Below, in pieces: positions 16,273 to 31,748 of a stretch of 64,000 nucleotides of DNA (its first letter is position 1; each line of letters starts with the position of its first letter). Position numbers and translations under genes: made by a program. Location of the stretch: NCBI RefSeq assembly GCF_009914755.1, contig NC_060935.1. One strand, written 5' to 3'. Below the pieces are notes generated by a model. The model saw only the letters and a list, made by a program, of their open reading frames with translations, did not search any database and was not told where the DNA came from. Origin of the DNA: the human T2T-CHM13v2.0 reference genome, Homo sapiens.

Positions 16273-16679
16273 TAGTCTCTAGTCTCTAGGACATTAAATA
16301 GGGCTGGGTAAGCAATTTATTCTGTTAAATTTTTTTTTTACAAATTGACATTTTGGGCTGGATGATACGAAGAAAAAATGTTTTAAAAAGGGCTCAAAGT
16401 ACATTAGAAAGTATTCTACTTAGAAAATATCTATGGGCATCTAAACTGTTGCCCTAAGTATACTTATGTGTGGGGTTGGCTGTTTTCAAAAATGTGTTCT
16501 GTCACACCAAACTATAATATTACTGAAGTTGCCCCAGGACCAAGAACTCCTGCTTGTCGTGAGGACATGTGGAGTCAGGGGTTCAAAGTTCTGCTTTGAA
16601 AACCACTCATGGGATCTCCACAGGCATTGGGCTTTGGTCAGCTATGTAAAAAGGCAGAATTGGCAATGTCAACAATTTA

Positions 16680-17450
<771 letters not shown>

Positions 17451-17599
17451 TGCTGTACTCTCTCATCAAGCAGTAGTTGCTTCCCTCAGTGATGGTGATA
17501 CTCTCCAAGGAAGGGATTTCTGCAAATGGTCCTCTGCGTATTTCCATATTCCAGGCTCTTCATCTGCCTTTCTTCCATCTCCTACCCCATAACATTTCC

Positions 17600-18690
17600 A
17601 GTCCTAACCACTCAGCATTTCCCTTTCTCCCGCTGATTTTGCAACCTATCTGATTGTCTCTCACCTAGCTATCTCCTCTAGCTCACTACAGCTTTCAGGG
17701 GCTAAGTTTTGCTCATGTTGGAAGACTGTTATAATAGTCTCCCTATAGTTCCTTCATAATACAGCAGCCAGAGCGAGCCTTTTAGCAACAAAAGTTTTTA
17801 AAGAATCCTCTGGTCAACATTTTCGGTGGCTTCCCCACTGAGAAAGAAATCCAAGCCTCAGCATGGCCTAGCCTAGGCCCACTGCCACCCCTGACCTCAG
17901 CTCCAACCTGCTCGCTTTGTTCAAACCTTGCTGGCGACAGTGCTGTTTCTGACTAGGGAAACAGGGCCTTTGTTCTGCCCTCTGCCCCCATATGTGGGGA
18001 GGAGAGCCACTCTCCAAATCTTACCATCCTGCTTCCTTACTTAGTATCTCTGTTCAAAGATGACTTCAAGGTCTTCCTTGACCCTATCCCAAACAGCACC
18101 ACACTCTGCTCACATCACTCTCTCTACTATTTTTTTCTCACAACACTCATCATCATTTGTCATAAAATATTTGCTAATTGCCTACTCTCACAAGAAAATA
18201 AGCTCAATGAAAGAAGAATCTATGTTTTGTTTATTGATTCTTGCACCTAGAACTACTGGCACATTGAAGGCACTCAGTGTATTGAATGGATGAACGAAGA
18301 ACTCAATCTGCTTTCTAAAAATCTTCCTTGGTCAGTCTTTTGCTTAGTATCTCTTTTAGTTCATAGCTTTTTGATATCTCTGCATTTTCTCAATGCCATG
18401 TGATCTGCCTTCTGTCCCTGACAATTCCCAGGTATATCTAGGGGTAAGGTTCAAGTTCCTAATTGCTAGAACCAATGGGCAGGTTTTGGTCGTTATTTAA
18501 CTTGTGTTGGCCATTCCCTACTTCTTCAGTTATATCCTTGACATAATTATCTTTCCTGGTTCTCCGCCTCCAGCTTTGATTGTTCTTTCCTGGCCTTCAC
18601 CCCTTAATAAGGGTGTGTTCCCTGGGACTCATCCTTGGCCCTTACTCTGGCACACAGTGGTTCCTTTGGTAATCTCAACCGCTGTCATAG
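17600..18690 (+). mobile_element. L2 fragments
   Basis: 'cacctagaactactggcacattgaaggcactcagtgtattgaatggatgaa' L2 3' end; pyrimidine-rich L2 body. Confidence 0.55.
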
Positions 18691-18694
18691 GTAC

Positions 18695-19912
18695 TTTTTT
18701 TTTCTTTATTTTATTATTATTATACTTGAAGTTTTAGGGTACATGTGCACAATGTGCAGGTTTGTTACATATGTATACATGTGCCATGTTGGTGTGCTGC
18801 ACCCATTAACTCGTCATTTAGCATTAGGTAGATCTCCTAATGCTATCCCTCCCCGCTCCCCCCACCTCATGACAGTCCCCAGAGTGTGATGTTCCCCTTC
18901 CTGTGTCCATGTGCTCTCATTGTTCAATTCCCACCTATGAGTGAGAACATGTGGTGTTTGTTTTTTTGTCCTTGCGATAGTTTGCTGAGAATGATGGTTT
19001 CCAGTTTCATCCACGTCCCTACAAAGGACATGAACTCTTCATTTTTTATGGCTGCATAGTATTCCATGGTGTATTACGTGCCACATTTTCTTAATCCAGT
19101 CTATTGTTGTTGGGCATTTGGGTTGGTTCCAAGTCTTTGCTATTGTGAATATTGCCACAATAAACATACGTGTGCATGTGTCTTTATAGCAGCATGATTT
19201 ATAATCCTTTGGGTATATACCCAGTAATGGGATGGCTGGGTCAAATGGTATTTCTAGTTCTAGATCCCTGAGGAATCGCCACACTGACTTCCACAATGGT
19301 TGAATTAGTTTACGGTCCCACCAACAGTGTAAAAGTGTTCCTATTTCTCCACATCCTCTCCAGCACCTGTTGTTTCCTGACTTTTTAATGATAGCCATTC
19401 TAACTGGTGTGAGATGGTATCTCATTGTGGTTTTGATTTGCATTTCTCTGATGGCCAGTGATGATGAGCATTTTTTCATGTGTTTTTTGGCTGCATAAAT
19501 GTCTTCTTTTGAGAAGTGTCTGTTCATATCCTTCGCCCACTTTTTGATGGGGTTGTTTTATTCTTGTAAATTTGTTTGAGTTCATTGTAGATTCTGGATA
19601 TTAGCCCTTTGTCAGATGAGTAGGTTGCGAAAATTTTCTCCCATTTTGTAGGTTGCCTGTTCACTCTCATGGTAATTTCTTTTGCTGTGCAGAAGCTCTT
19701 TAGTTTAATTAGATCCCATTTGTCAATTTTGGCTTTTGTTGCCATTTCTTTTGGTGTTTTAGATATGAAGTCCTTGCCCATGCCCATGTCCTGAATGGTA
19801 TTGCCTAGGTTTTCTTCTAGGGTTTTTATGGTTTTAGGTCTAACATGTAAGTCTTTAATCCATCTTGAATTAATTTTTGTATAAGGAGTAAGGAAGGGAT
19901 CCAGTTTCAGCT
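18695..19912 (-). mobile_element. 5'-truncated young L1PA (ORF2 C-terminus, 3'UTR, tail)
   Basis: Near-consensus ORF2 C-terminus [10 protein letters not shown]...[16 protein letters not shown]; 3'UTR G-tract; T-tail at ~18695. Confidence 0.95.
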
Positions 19913-21415
19913 CTTTTAATACTTCTGGACTTCTTTAAATGTCTAGAAGTGGAATTACTGAGCAAAGGAGACAAACATTTTTATGACTTTCTGGAAGGGC
20001 TGGCCAATTTACAGTGCTCCTAAAAATGATCAGAGTTGCTCACTTTCCATCCCAATAATTACAGACTTTGAACAGGCAAATAGGTAAAAACAAAGGCACA
20101 GAGAATTCCAGAGTTTCAATTAAGAGGCAGGGAAGAGACAAAGTTAGCCTGAGCAGAAGCTTCAAGAGTGGAGGTATGAGAAAGGCTGCAATGGTTGTAG
20201 GCCTTGAATATTTGATAAGCAGTGAGCCACCCAAACACACTGAAGGATTCCAGCTGTTAAAGCACAGGATTCAAGGGAAGGGGCTGGAGCCAACCAGAAA
20301 CATGAACACCCACCACGTGATGGATCACTCCTGCCCTTCTCAGGAAGCTACATTTGGGCAGAAAATTATCAAGAATGAGAACTTTGTGAATCATGTATGC
20401 TAAGTGTTGCAATCAATAAACTGCCTGGTAAATGAAACTAAAAATGCCTGATGGGTCCTGTGGTTTCCCATAACACAAGACAAGAGGCCTGGGAAGTCCT
20501 GCTTACTTCCCAAGTTTCCTATAAGACAGTAAAATAAACATTGATGAATGGAAAGCACCCTTCTCTATTGGGTGACTGATAAATATTGTTCTCCTAAGCC
20601 CATTGGACCAGTATTCCTCCTGTCTGCACCAAAGACCAGCCTTCCCCCAAAAAGAAAATCCATCTTTTTCCCTTGGGTTGGCCTGAGTATCAGCAGAGCC
20701 AGCTATCAGGTAGTGTAGACTGGGCTCTAACCTGGGATGATAGCAATAAAAATCTGCACTGAATGTCTATTTGTGACCTGTGAGACCAAGGCTCTTTTGT
20801 GCTGCAGGTTTGGTCTCAAGGGGTGATACATCCCATTAATCTGACCTCTTATTCTTAAGTATGAATTCCTGTTTGTAAACAGGCCTGCTCTCTACTTTGT
20901 CTTTGGCTATGAGTAAAAGCTTCCTGAAGCCTCACCAGAAGCCAGTGCCATGCAGCCTGCCATGAGCCAATTAAACCTCTTTTCTTTGTAAATTACCTAA
21001 CCTCAGGTATTTATAGCAACCCCAAGAACAGACTAACACTACTACCCTTCTTAGGACAAAAATGATCAGAGATGCAGATTTAATATTTTGTGCCTTACAC
21101 AGGCACTAAGCTAGCTGGCAGTGCCAGTGTGGTGTGCTTAATGCTTCCATGTAGTGTTCTTAAAAGTTTAAAGAAATCTGACTTCCTAGATAGCCTAAGT
21201 GGTGGGCAGTGGGGGGCTACTTGATATTTCCTTCCCTAGGGTCCCAGTCAGAGGCACGGTAACTCAATACTTGTTTATCCAGAGGACAGAACAGCTGCCA
21301 AGGGACCAAGGCTCAAGGAAGACAGACAGGGTACCTAATTGGGGAAGGCTCCGACAGAGCAAGGTTTAGCTCACAAGGTCAATCACACACAATTTTTATT
21401 TCAAAACCAACTTTA

Positions 21416-22015
<600 letters not shown>

Positions 22016-23329
22016 TGAACCAGGGCTTATCAGAAAACAAAACTTTTTCTAACCTCACCTTTCTCTCCTAGTTGTCTGCCTAAAATCAGTTTAATCTTCG
22101 CTTCAAGTTACATCTGCCCCAGAACAAATACCATAGAAGGAACTTTCATTAACAGTGTTGTCAGTTTCATACAGCTTTCATGCAACTACGTCTGCATACT
22201 ACATCAACAACAAATGGGACACAATGAGTGCTTATGCTAACATTAGGAATACTAGCTAGAAACACAGAAAACCTTTTGGATTGGTGATACTTCAAATAGG
22301 ACATTACTTCTTAGTAACAGCAAGAAATCAGCTTAATGTTTTCAGCAAGAGACAGCATGGATGATAATGCAGCCTTTCTTTTCCGAAACTTCAGACAGCA
22401 GAATTCCAGAAGGGCTAGTCACACCCATGGAAGGCAGCAAGTGTGGCAGAACAAAGATCTAAGCTGACTGCAGAGGCCACTGATGAAAGCTGTGAAATAT
22501 CTTTCCTGGAAGGCAAGAATAAATTCATCTGGCTTACTACTGTGGTGTCTCCATACATTGTGACCTAGTCACTGCTAGCACACAGGAGCCACACTCACTC
22601 TTAAGAGAGATTTTTTTTCTCTGTGGAATTTTGTAGAATAAGCAAACAGAGTTTGGAAGCGTGTTTGTGAGTTACGATAAATGAGAAGAACCTTGAAATT
22701 ATTTTTAGTTCAAGAAAAACATCCCATTAAGGCCTATTTCTCATAAGTCACATTTTGTTGGCTTCTGGAAAAGCAGAAGATTCCTAGGCTAACATAAGGA
22801 AGTCCTCTTCCTAAATATGTATTCTCATAGTCACTTGTTAAGAAAGGGATACCTTTTAAAAAATGCTGAATGCTGATAGATGTTAAATCAAAGGCAAATA
22901 ATTTTGAAAACGATTTGGGACAGGTATAGTTGTCCTCTGCTTACAATCTTCTCTCTTATCTCAGCCAATAGCTACTTGCTAACTGGATAGTAAAATGACA
23001 TGAGCATGTATGAGTTTACAGCCTGATGTAATTATGTAATCAATAGCTGATTTACTTCACTCATTATATTTTGGTTAAAGTTGCTCTTGTCGCATGTTTG
23101 CATTCTTCCTTGTCAACGATGTCTGGGCATCAGAGGAGGAGGCAGGAAATGTACTTCACTAAAGACCACTGGGAATAAAGAGTGGCCATCAGTCTAGATT
23201 GCAGAGGGAAACAATCTCCATGTCAGTATATATATATGAATTACGTGACAGCAGGTCACAGAGAGAACAATGGACCATGAAAGCAAAGATTTGATTTCCA
23301 TCTGTTAACTTACTCATCTGGGCAAGTTC

Positions 23330-23613
23330 CTTTTTTTTTTAAACAGGGTCTCACTCTGTCACCCAGGGTGGAGTATGCAGTGGCATGATCCCAGCTCACT
23401 GCAGCCTCAACATCCTGGACTCGGGTGATCCTACCACTTCAGTCTCCCAAGTAGCTGGGACTATAGGCATATACCTGGCTAATTTTTGTATTTTTGGTAC
23501 AGATAGCGTTTCACCATGTTGCCCAGGCTGGTCTTGAACTCCTGGGCTCAAGTGATCATGTACCTCAGCCTACCAAATTACTGGAATAACAGGTGTGAGC
23601 CACTGCACCCAGC
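23330..23613 (-). mobile_element. AluJ
   Basis: Antisense Alu just beyond the distal PICALM 3' end. Confidence 0.88.
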
Positions 23614-23922
23614 TCCTTTTCTGATTTCTGATTCCTACATATAAAATGGGTAAAATATGGATAACACTTATCAAACATAGCCCAAAAGTTGTTTAAACAA
23701 TGAAATAAAAATGGCTATGAAGCACGTCACATACTGAAACATACTTAAAAAAAAAAAAGGCAATATGAAAGAAAACAAGCCACAGACCTTAAATATAAAC
23801 ACCTCCTCAAACACCACAAAAGACAAAAATTTGTAAAGTTAAGGAGGGTAACTTATAAAAGTACAACTTCCCAGTTTATATGAAAATGGTTTAATAATAC
23901 TGAAACTTAAAAGCTGATAAAA

Positions 23923-23928
23923 TTTATT
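23923..23928 (-). terminator. Distal poly(A) signal AATAAA
   Basis: tttatt on the + strand, with U/GU-rich sequence downstream on the minus strand. Confidence 0.75.
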
Positions 23929-24164
23929 GGCTACGACTACATTTTTTCTCCAATCACAGCAAATATTATGAGACACTTATCAATGCAAAGCTTTTGATCC
24001 TTTATCATGTACTCTGAACCCTATGCACTACTAAATAGGCAATATGATACAATCAAAGGTTTCTTTGGCAGACATAATTATATGTACCAAAACATTAAAC
24101 TGCGTATTTTCCCTTAAACTTACCTGACTAAAGGCATCTGATCAAAAGACAAAAAGTGAACAAT

Positions 24165-24170
24165 TTTAAT
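24165..24170 (-). terminator. Alternative poly(A) signal ATTAAA
   Basis: tttaat on +, followed on minus by ttgttcactttttgtctttt (GU/U-rich). Confidence 0.55.
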
Positions 24171-24400
24171 AAGTAGTTGCATTTATCAATAAGAGTCTAC
24201 AAGGTAACAAAAAGTGTAAAGAGACATCTTTTTGAAAATTCATATAAAACAAACCTTCCATGTTATTAGATCAACAAATATAATCACCTGGGTATATTTT
24301 ATTAGGGAAAAATGACAATATTGATAATAAAAAGAGAAAGGAAAAATGAAAATGCATCTCAGACCAGAATACCATAACAAAACTTTTGTGGAAGCTGCAT

Positions 24401-24406
24401 TTTATT
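24401..24406 (-). terminator. Proximal poly(A) signal AATAAA
   Basis: tttatt on +, followed on minus by gttttgttatgg. Confidence 0.6.
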
Positions 24407-25745
24407 TGAAAATCCACCCATTTTGCTAACATACATTTTAATATTGTAAACAAAAATAGAATCTGCAGAGACAATGCAACAAGAATGCTTAAACTCATGT
24501 ACAGAATTGCTTTCCTACAATGAACTGTCCTTCTTAAGGCCCCTCTCCACCCAAATGTTAAAGATGTATTTACACAAAGCACCGATCAACAGTGCAGTTT
24601 AATTCTTCGTTTACTAAACTCTTGGCTAGACATTAACTTTAAAGATACTATTTCCCCTTATTTAAAAGGTATATGATCATAACATGGCACGAGCCAAAGA
24701 AAATGTTCAAGGACTTTGCCCCCCTTCCCTCCCCCTTGTAACACCTTCTAGAGTTTTAGTGAAAAGAAGGAAAGTCTTGAAGTGAAAGCAATTCCTCACA
24801 TTCATTTTGGAAAGGCCCTAATGTCAAATGGAAAATAATGACATGCCAAGCACAAAGCAGTAAAGATCCTTCCCAATGCACTAATGCTGAATTTAAAATG
24901 TAGTGCTTTTCCTAGTCAGTGAACTGTTCCCTGGCAAAATCCTAGGCACAGAATTGACTATAAGGATTAATGCATTTATAATGCTTCCCTAAATCCCACA
25001 GAGGCCGAGAATTCTTAAGAGATTCAGACCTATGGACTTGCCTTAAAATATTTAGTGCTCTGTATGTCAGCTGAGAAAAGCATTCTGAATCAGATTCATT
25101 CTTGTGGATAAAAATCAAACATACTGTGCACATCCATACTCATTTTCATAAGGAGGTCTGATACAATATTAATGTTATGTAAAATTGATAATCATAAATA
25201 AATACAAATACTTAAGGAATGTCTACTGCAAACTGAATATAATTTTTTTTAAAAAAAGAAAAGTTAATTTCAGTTATTGTTTCTGTATTTGTGAGGACTG
25301 GAGAAAAGAAAGATAATGCATAATTAGGAATTTTAATTTTGATCCCCCAAAAGAGTCCTGTTGAAATACAGTAAAGGACACAGTTCTTCTCTCCAGGCAG
25401 CTTTTCCAAATACAAATTTCACACTTTCCAAATAAGGGCTTTTCTTGATAGGTTACTGATTATGGGTATTAACAGGAGTTGAAAGAATTGAAGGGTTAGT
25501 CACCAAAAAGACAGATCTTAGTCTTAAATCATAGCAATTCTTGGCTTTATAAACTGTATTGATACGTTCTCCTATAAACTAGTCCCAATTTCCTTCATGG
25601 GCCTTCACTGAGTTACTTGTAGCATTCTAATGGAAGAAGAGAGTTTAAGAGATTTAAGAGACAGCAGTTTGGATTTTGCTGGAAGTAAGGATTTTGCTGC
25701 TTGAGCACTTGTCTTTTTGGAGTAATTCCATTTTCTTCCATCAAG

Positions 25746-25760
25746 TTACATAAACTGTAT
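25746..25760 (-). CDS. PICALM: PICALM terminal exon coding part (IQFM*)
   Basis: ttttttttccag|ATA CAG TTT ATG TAA. Confidence 0.96.
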   Translation of the reverse strand: MQFM

Positions 25761-25974
25761 CTGGAAAAAAAAAGTGGGTATGTTAATTCATTGTATTGTA
25801 GGATGTCTTCTCATAAATAAAAATGCTTTGTGGTCTTTACCATTTAACTGGCCCAGAAGTGTTCACAACATGCTTATCACAAACCCTGTTTATAAAACAA
25901 AGTCAGTATTATCAACTTATGTGCCAGAAAGCTCAATATTTGACACATATAGGGACTTCCAAATAATGTTTTTT

Positions 25975-26580
<606 letters not shown>

Positions 26581-27388
26581 AAATACTTAACTGCTAAAAA
26601 TCGAGGAATAGCATGTGGAGGAGGAAAAGAAAGAAGATCAATGACCTATTTTTTCATGACAAGTTCAGAAAAATCTCTCCATAAGCACAAATACCACAAG
26701 CAAAATCTCATTTGGGAAGCAAAATTTGAAATATTATTTCCAAATGATATACAATTAGAGACAATAAAGGGAACAGTAATATTATACTAAGTCTTTTTAT
26801 TAACATAAATAAGAACCTGAAAGAGCCATAAAAATATTTTTCAATAGGGTACTACTGTTCATTCAAAGATATTTCACTCACAATTTCCCTTAAACTGCCC
26901 ATCCAAAGATCTATTACTGAAGTAGATGTGCTAATAAACTTGCCAAATCAGAAGACTATAAACTCCCAAAGATCTAGAAGGTATATCTAAACTGGGGGCT
27001 AGAGCATCAAGAAGAACAAATTACACTGTCTTCCAGCAAACAGAGGCAGTGTGGATCATATGCAGAATCCTTCTAATCGAAAGGGCTTAAGTATTCACTT
27101 GCCCTTAATTAAAAAGCAAACTTTATCCGATCTCATCCATTTACTGTGAGCAGTGGATGAGTTTACTTTAAATAATTATGTTACAGATATTTTCCAAAAG
27201 TTGTTTTTCCTTATGTCCTATCTTTTCATTCTGCACCTAAAGAATAGAGGAAGAGGAGGAGGAGGAGAGGGAGCCTAGAGTCCTTTAAAGAAATGAAAGA
27301 GAAGCGTGAATTGTGTTTAATGTTTGGTAATTGTTTTTAAGTATTTAAGTCCCCATCTCCCACAACAAGTAGCAATACCTAAAGTGAT

Positions 27389-27481
27389 TTATAAGAAATC
27401 CTCCAAAGAGAGCTCTGCAAAGGGGTCCTTTCCTGAAGCTCTGTGAGGACTGTGACTGGAGGGGCTGGATGCTGCCGACAG
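27389..27481 (-). CDS. PICALM: PICALM alternative penultimate exon (exon 27379-27481) encoding LSAASSPSSHSPHRASGKDPFAELSLEDFL*
   Basis: Long polypyrimidine tract + CAG acceptor; phase 0 matches the upstream exon; open for 30 aa; AG|GTATTG donor 10 nt after TAA; resembles the AP180 C-terminus. Confidence 0.82.
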   Translation of the reverse strand: MSAASSPSSHSPHRASGKDPFAELSLEDFL

Positions 27482-28559
27482 CTGGGGGAAAAGAAGACAG
27501 AGAGAGGGAAAGAAAAAAAGATCTCAGAATGACAGAACATGAAAGCAGAAAATGTATGAAAGAAGAAGTGGTTTTGGTTTTGTCATCTTTAATAAATATA
27601 AGGGCAGTCTTTGTAGAAAATGGATTGTTAAGACAAAAGTTTCAGTCATATGTCAAGTTAAAAGGTATGCAATGGCATGTGTTTTTCAGAAAACAAACTC
27701 GTGCTTCTGAAGTTTCAAAGGAATAATGTCTTTTACCCAAAAGGTCGATATAAGCTGACCCATGGTTAAGAATTTTAATGTGTGTATGGGGGGTGGTGGG
27801 GGGATAGGGGAGGGAATACATAATTGCATTTTTGTTTAAAATTGAGAGAACATGGTTTCCTGTGTCCAGGCTATCTGTCCAAAGCTGTGCAACTCTGACC
27901 TCAGTCCGGACCCAACACATCTAGCTGCAATATTCTTTCCTTTCTTTCTTCATAAGGGTCGAAAAGTCCTGTCCTAGGTTCACACACTTTTTACACGAAG
28001 TTGTCTCCTGCTCATTTATCTTGACGAACTGCAGCTGACACACATACTGTGGGAGGTGAAAGGGACCTTAGAGGTCACCTACTGTAACTGTCCACATACT
28101 GCCCTGAATATGGGGAATACTTAAGATCTTTGATTCTGCTTCCTGTTTGGACAAATTTACTTGATTCTTAGAATCTGTCCTACTGTTTAATTCGAATATA
28201 CTGTAAGGCAAGTAAACAACTGAATTCAGTATGTATCTTTATTCTCCCAAACACAGACTATTCCTGAAGAACCAAGATATTAATTTTCATACATGTATCC
28301 TTCATTAAGCTGACATGAGCGTTTCAAACCCGACATGAACCTTTTTACTTTGGAACAAGCTTTTAATTCTTTTTCTCCCTCTGTATAAGATTGCAAAGCA
28401 TATAAGCACAGGACTATTACAAAATGAGCTTTTCTTTTAGGGATGTCCTAGTGAGTAATAAAAGTTGACTAACTGGAAATAGTTTCAATTCATACTTCAA
28501 CATTCAAATCCTATAGAGGATTTCTTTGCTGGTGCCAAGTGATTTCATTTCTTTCTACC

Positions 28560-28562
28560 TAT

Positions 28563-28593
<31 letters not shown>

Positions 28594-28596
28594 TTT
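28560..28596. repeat. (TTTA)n microsatellite
   Basis: Direct observation. Confidence 0.9.
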
Positions 28597-30516
28597 TCGG
28601 AAAAGCACTACAGAGAATGAACAGCCAATGAGCTTCGGCAAATATTACATCACTAGTATATGCAACTTGTTCTGGATGCCAAGATCAATTTATAGGCATC
28701 AGTTATACTCATGGTTGAGTAATTTCCTAATGCATATCTTGTTCCCAAAAACAAATGTTCAAAGACAATGGGAAGAGACAAATGGAACGATGATGGAATC
28801 ACGCAGGCAGCTACAGATGGGAGGACAGAGCAGCATGCCTGGGCTTGAGGTTTCAAATATCATCCATGCAGAGACAAATTAAGGTATAACTACTGGAAAG
28901 ACTCCCCCTCCTCCCTCTTCAGCGCAACCACGGATGGCCAATCAAAAGCACAACGATTTCAAGTAAAGTGATCCTCAGTTACTGAGCTGGAGGGAGTCCA
29001 ACATCCACACTTATCTCCAAGATGAACTTGGTTTCTCTCTGAAGCAGATTTTCTTTTTCACCTACAGTTAAAACAACAGCAACAACAAATCCTACTTATT
29101 GCAGATAGACTGCATCTAAAATCAGAAGTTTCCTATGATAGCCCCACACCGAAATACCTTCTTAAATCACGTTTTCACCAGGGTAGCAGTCTGAAGACCT
29201 GACAGACCCACAGTAAAATGCCCCTGAAGAATACGGAAGAGACAAATCTATTTTCAATATGTGAGCATACTGCTAGACAAGTCCTAGAGGCTTATAAACA
29301 ATGTTGAAAAGGATTACTTTTCCTTGAGAAAAAGAGCTGGTTTTTTATTAGAACTCCTAGTAGTCTCTTAAATTGGTAAAACACATACACGTCTCATATC
29401 TATAAAAATGTAGCCAAACTAAAACATGACAGAGACCACCAATAAGAAAACAAGACAACATCCCTGGAATAAGTTTCTTATCATCAATATCTGTATCAAG
29501 CGGATGAAACCATAGCCAGGGCTAGCTAGGCTGACTGCACAGCTCCAAGGAGTGGGACATACAGCAGCCCCTGACCATCCTACCCCTTCCTGGCATCTAT
29601 TCCAAAGCACAGACACACCATGCACTGGTGAGAAAGTAGTCACCCCAGAGAGTAAATAAGAGAAGGAAAGGAAATGTGCTTCAGTAGCCCAATTACTGCT
29701 CAGGAAAATCAAGAACAAAATAGCATGAAGAGGCAATGGGTTCTTGGTAGGTGAGAAGTAGGAGAATTTTAAAACTATAAGAGCTGACTTGACTCTACTT
29801 ATTTCTGTGAGTAAATTAAAGAACATGATGTAGGGTTGCTAAAGAACATAAAAAGGCAAGGTTAAAGTACTAGAGGATAAAAAATTAAAAACACAAACCA
29901 GCAACCAAAAGCTGTTGCTTTCACATAAAGCTATTCACATAAAGCACAAAATCATCAAATTTTACAAGAGAGCATATGTAATTTGTTGTTCTGGACACCA
30001 AGACAAATCATAATTGATCTTTCCAGTCAAGCCCTACTATTACATCACCAGGTATCTATCACAAATAAAATTAAAACAAAACAAAAACAAAAAGAGCCTT
30101 TACCTATTTACTTCAAATAACATTCTCTATCCCAAAATTCCCACAGAGCCAAAAAAAATTGGTATAGCTATCAGTTCGTTCAAATCAAAATGACCTATGT
30201 CACAACTGAAGATGTCTTCAACAAAGTGGTCAATTGTAATGGTCCAATACAGACATAGTCTTTTCTCATGTATAGAAAAATGAAATACTGAGAAGAGCAG
30301 CGTATAAATATACTAAAATCTGCAAGTGGTTGATGATAGTATCTCTTAAATTCCTTCTCCCCTCCTCCACTACTCTAATCAATCAATAAGAAAAAATACG
30401 GTAAAATGTTACCAAAATCTTTGCATTATATCCAGAGCAATGATTTTTTTGGTTATAGAGCGTGTTTCATATAGTCTATCTATCAACAGTGTCTTGTTCT
30501 GTCACCCAGGCTGTAG

Positions 30517-30696
<180 letters not shown>

Positions 30697-31748
30697 TGAC
30701 TTTAATAAAGGACAAACACACCTAGCTTAAAGAAGGTTAAAAAAAGTCTATTGATAGACTATCATAAAATAAAAATGGTTACTCCTTCATTATACTCCTG
30801 TTAACATCAAACAAAGAAAATTTCAGGTTAGAACAAGAAAACATCAACAATCTCAGAAAGTGAGGCTAGTGGAATTAAAAGCTTATGAAAGACTAAATGG
30901 TTGGATATTTAGGAAAAAACTTGTGACATATCATTTGGCTGTACTTAAAATCCTTAGAGAACCAATTTTGCCACATCTTTACATTTGAATTTTTCAGTCA
31001 CCCAAAAGACTGGGTAGAAACTTAACAATGCTGTAGAGATTCATTCTGTCTCATTGGCAAAATCAACCTCTTAAGAGAAAAATGGATTGTACTCCCTTTG
31101 CCTGGAATGACAGTGCCAGGTTTTGTAGAAAGATGGAACTGAATCTAATCCTAACTCTCTTATAAAATGGGATTTAGAATAATAGGCCCAATACCTGTAT
31201 TGCCGCTTATGGCTGTCTTGAGAATTAAATGAACACAAGCACTCAGCATGCTGCCTGGCATATATTAAGTAGCTCAAATATTCTTAGTTCCATCTTCCCT
31301 ACTACCTACCATCAAATGTTCATCTACAGATATAAGAGGCCTAGCTCAAATGTCATTGCCTCTGTGTTGTTCTTGCTCCTCTGCCGTGCTCTGTATGTCT
31401 TTCTTATAAGGGGTCTCATTCCATTATCAACCAGTCACTTGTGCATCTGTATTACACTCACCTTTAGGCTGCTCAGGTGCAGGAAACACTTTATCTGTCC
31501 TTTGTTCAGCAACTAGCAGTCAATTACACATTGTAAGAATTCTAAAGTGTGCAAAATTAAAATGCCTTTTGGTGATAAAACAAGCTCCATATAAAAACAG
31601 TCTCCAAAGTGGAATGTACAAAGAAATTATTACAACTGTCCTATTTTTAAAAATTCCTATTTTTACATGCTTAAATGTACCTCATATATATTGCTGTAGA
31701 AATATATGAATGTATTTTATAAATACACATACAGTCATGGTACATACT

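Larger units (their letters stand above)
23900..25745 (-). other. PICALM: PICALM 3'UTR (distal end approximate)
   Basis: Repeat-free AT-rich segment from the stop codon to the distal AATAAA. Confidence 0.85.

Noticed and set aside
24271-25415. Minus-strand ORFs in the PICALM 3'UTR
   Set aside because: AT-rich chance ORFs downstream of the true stop codon
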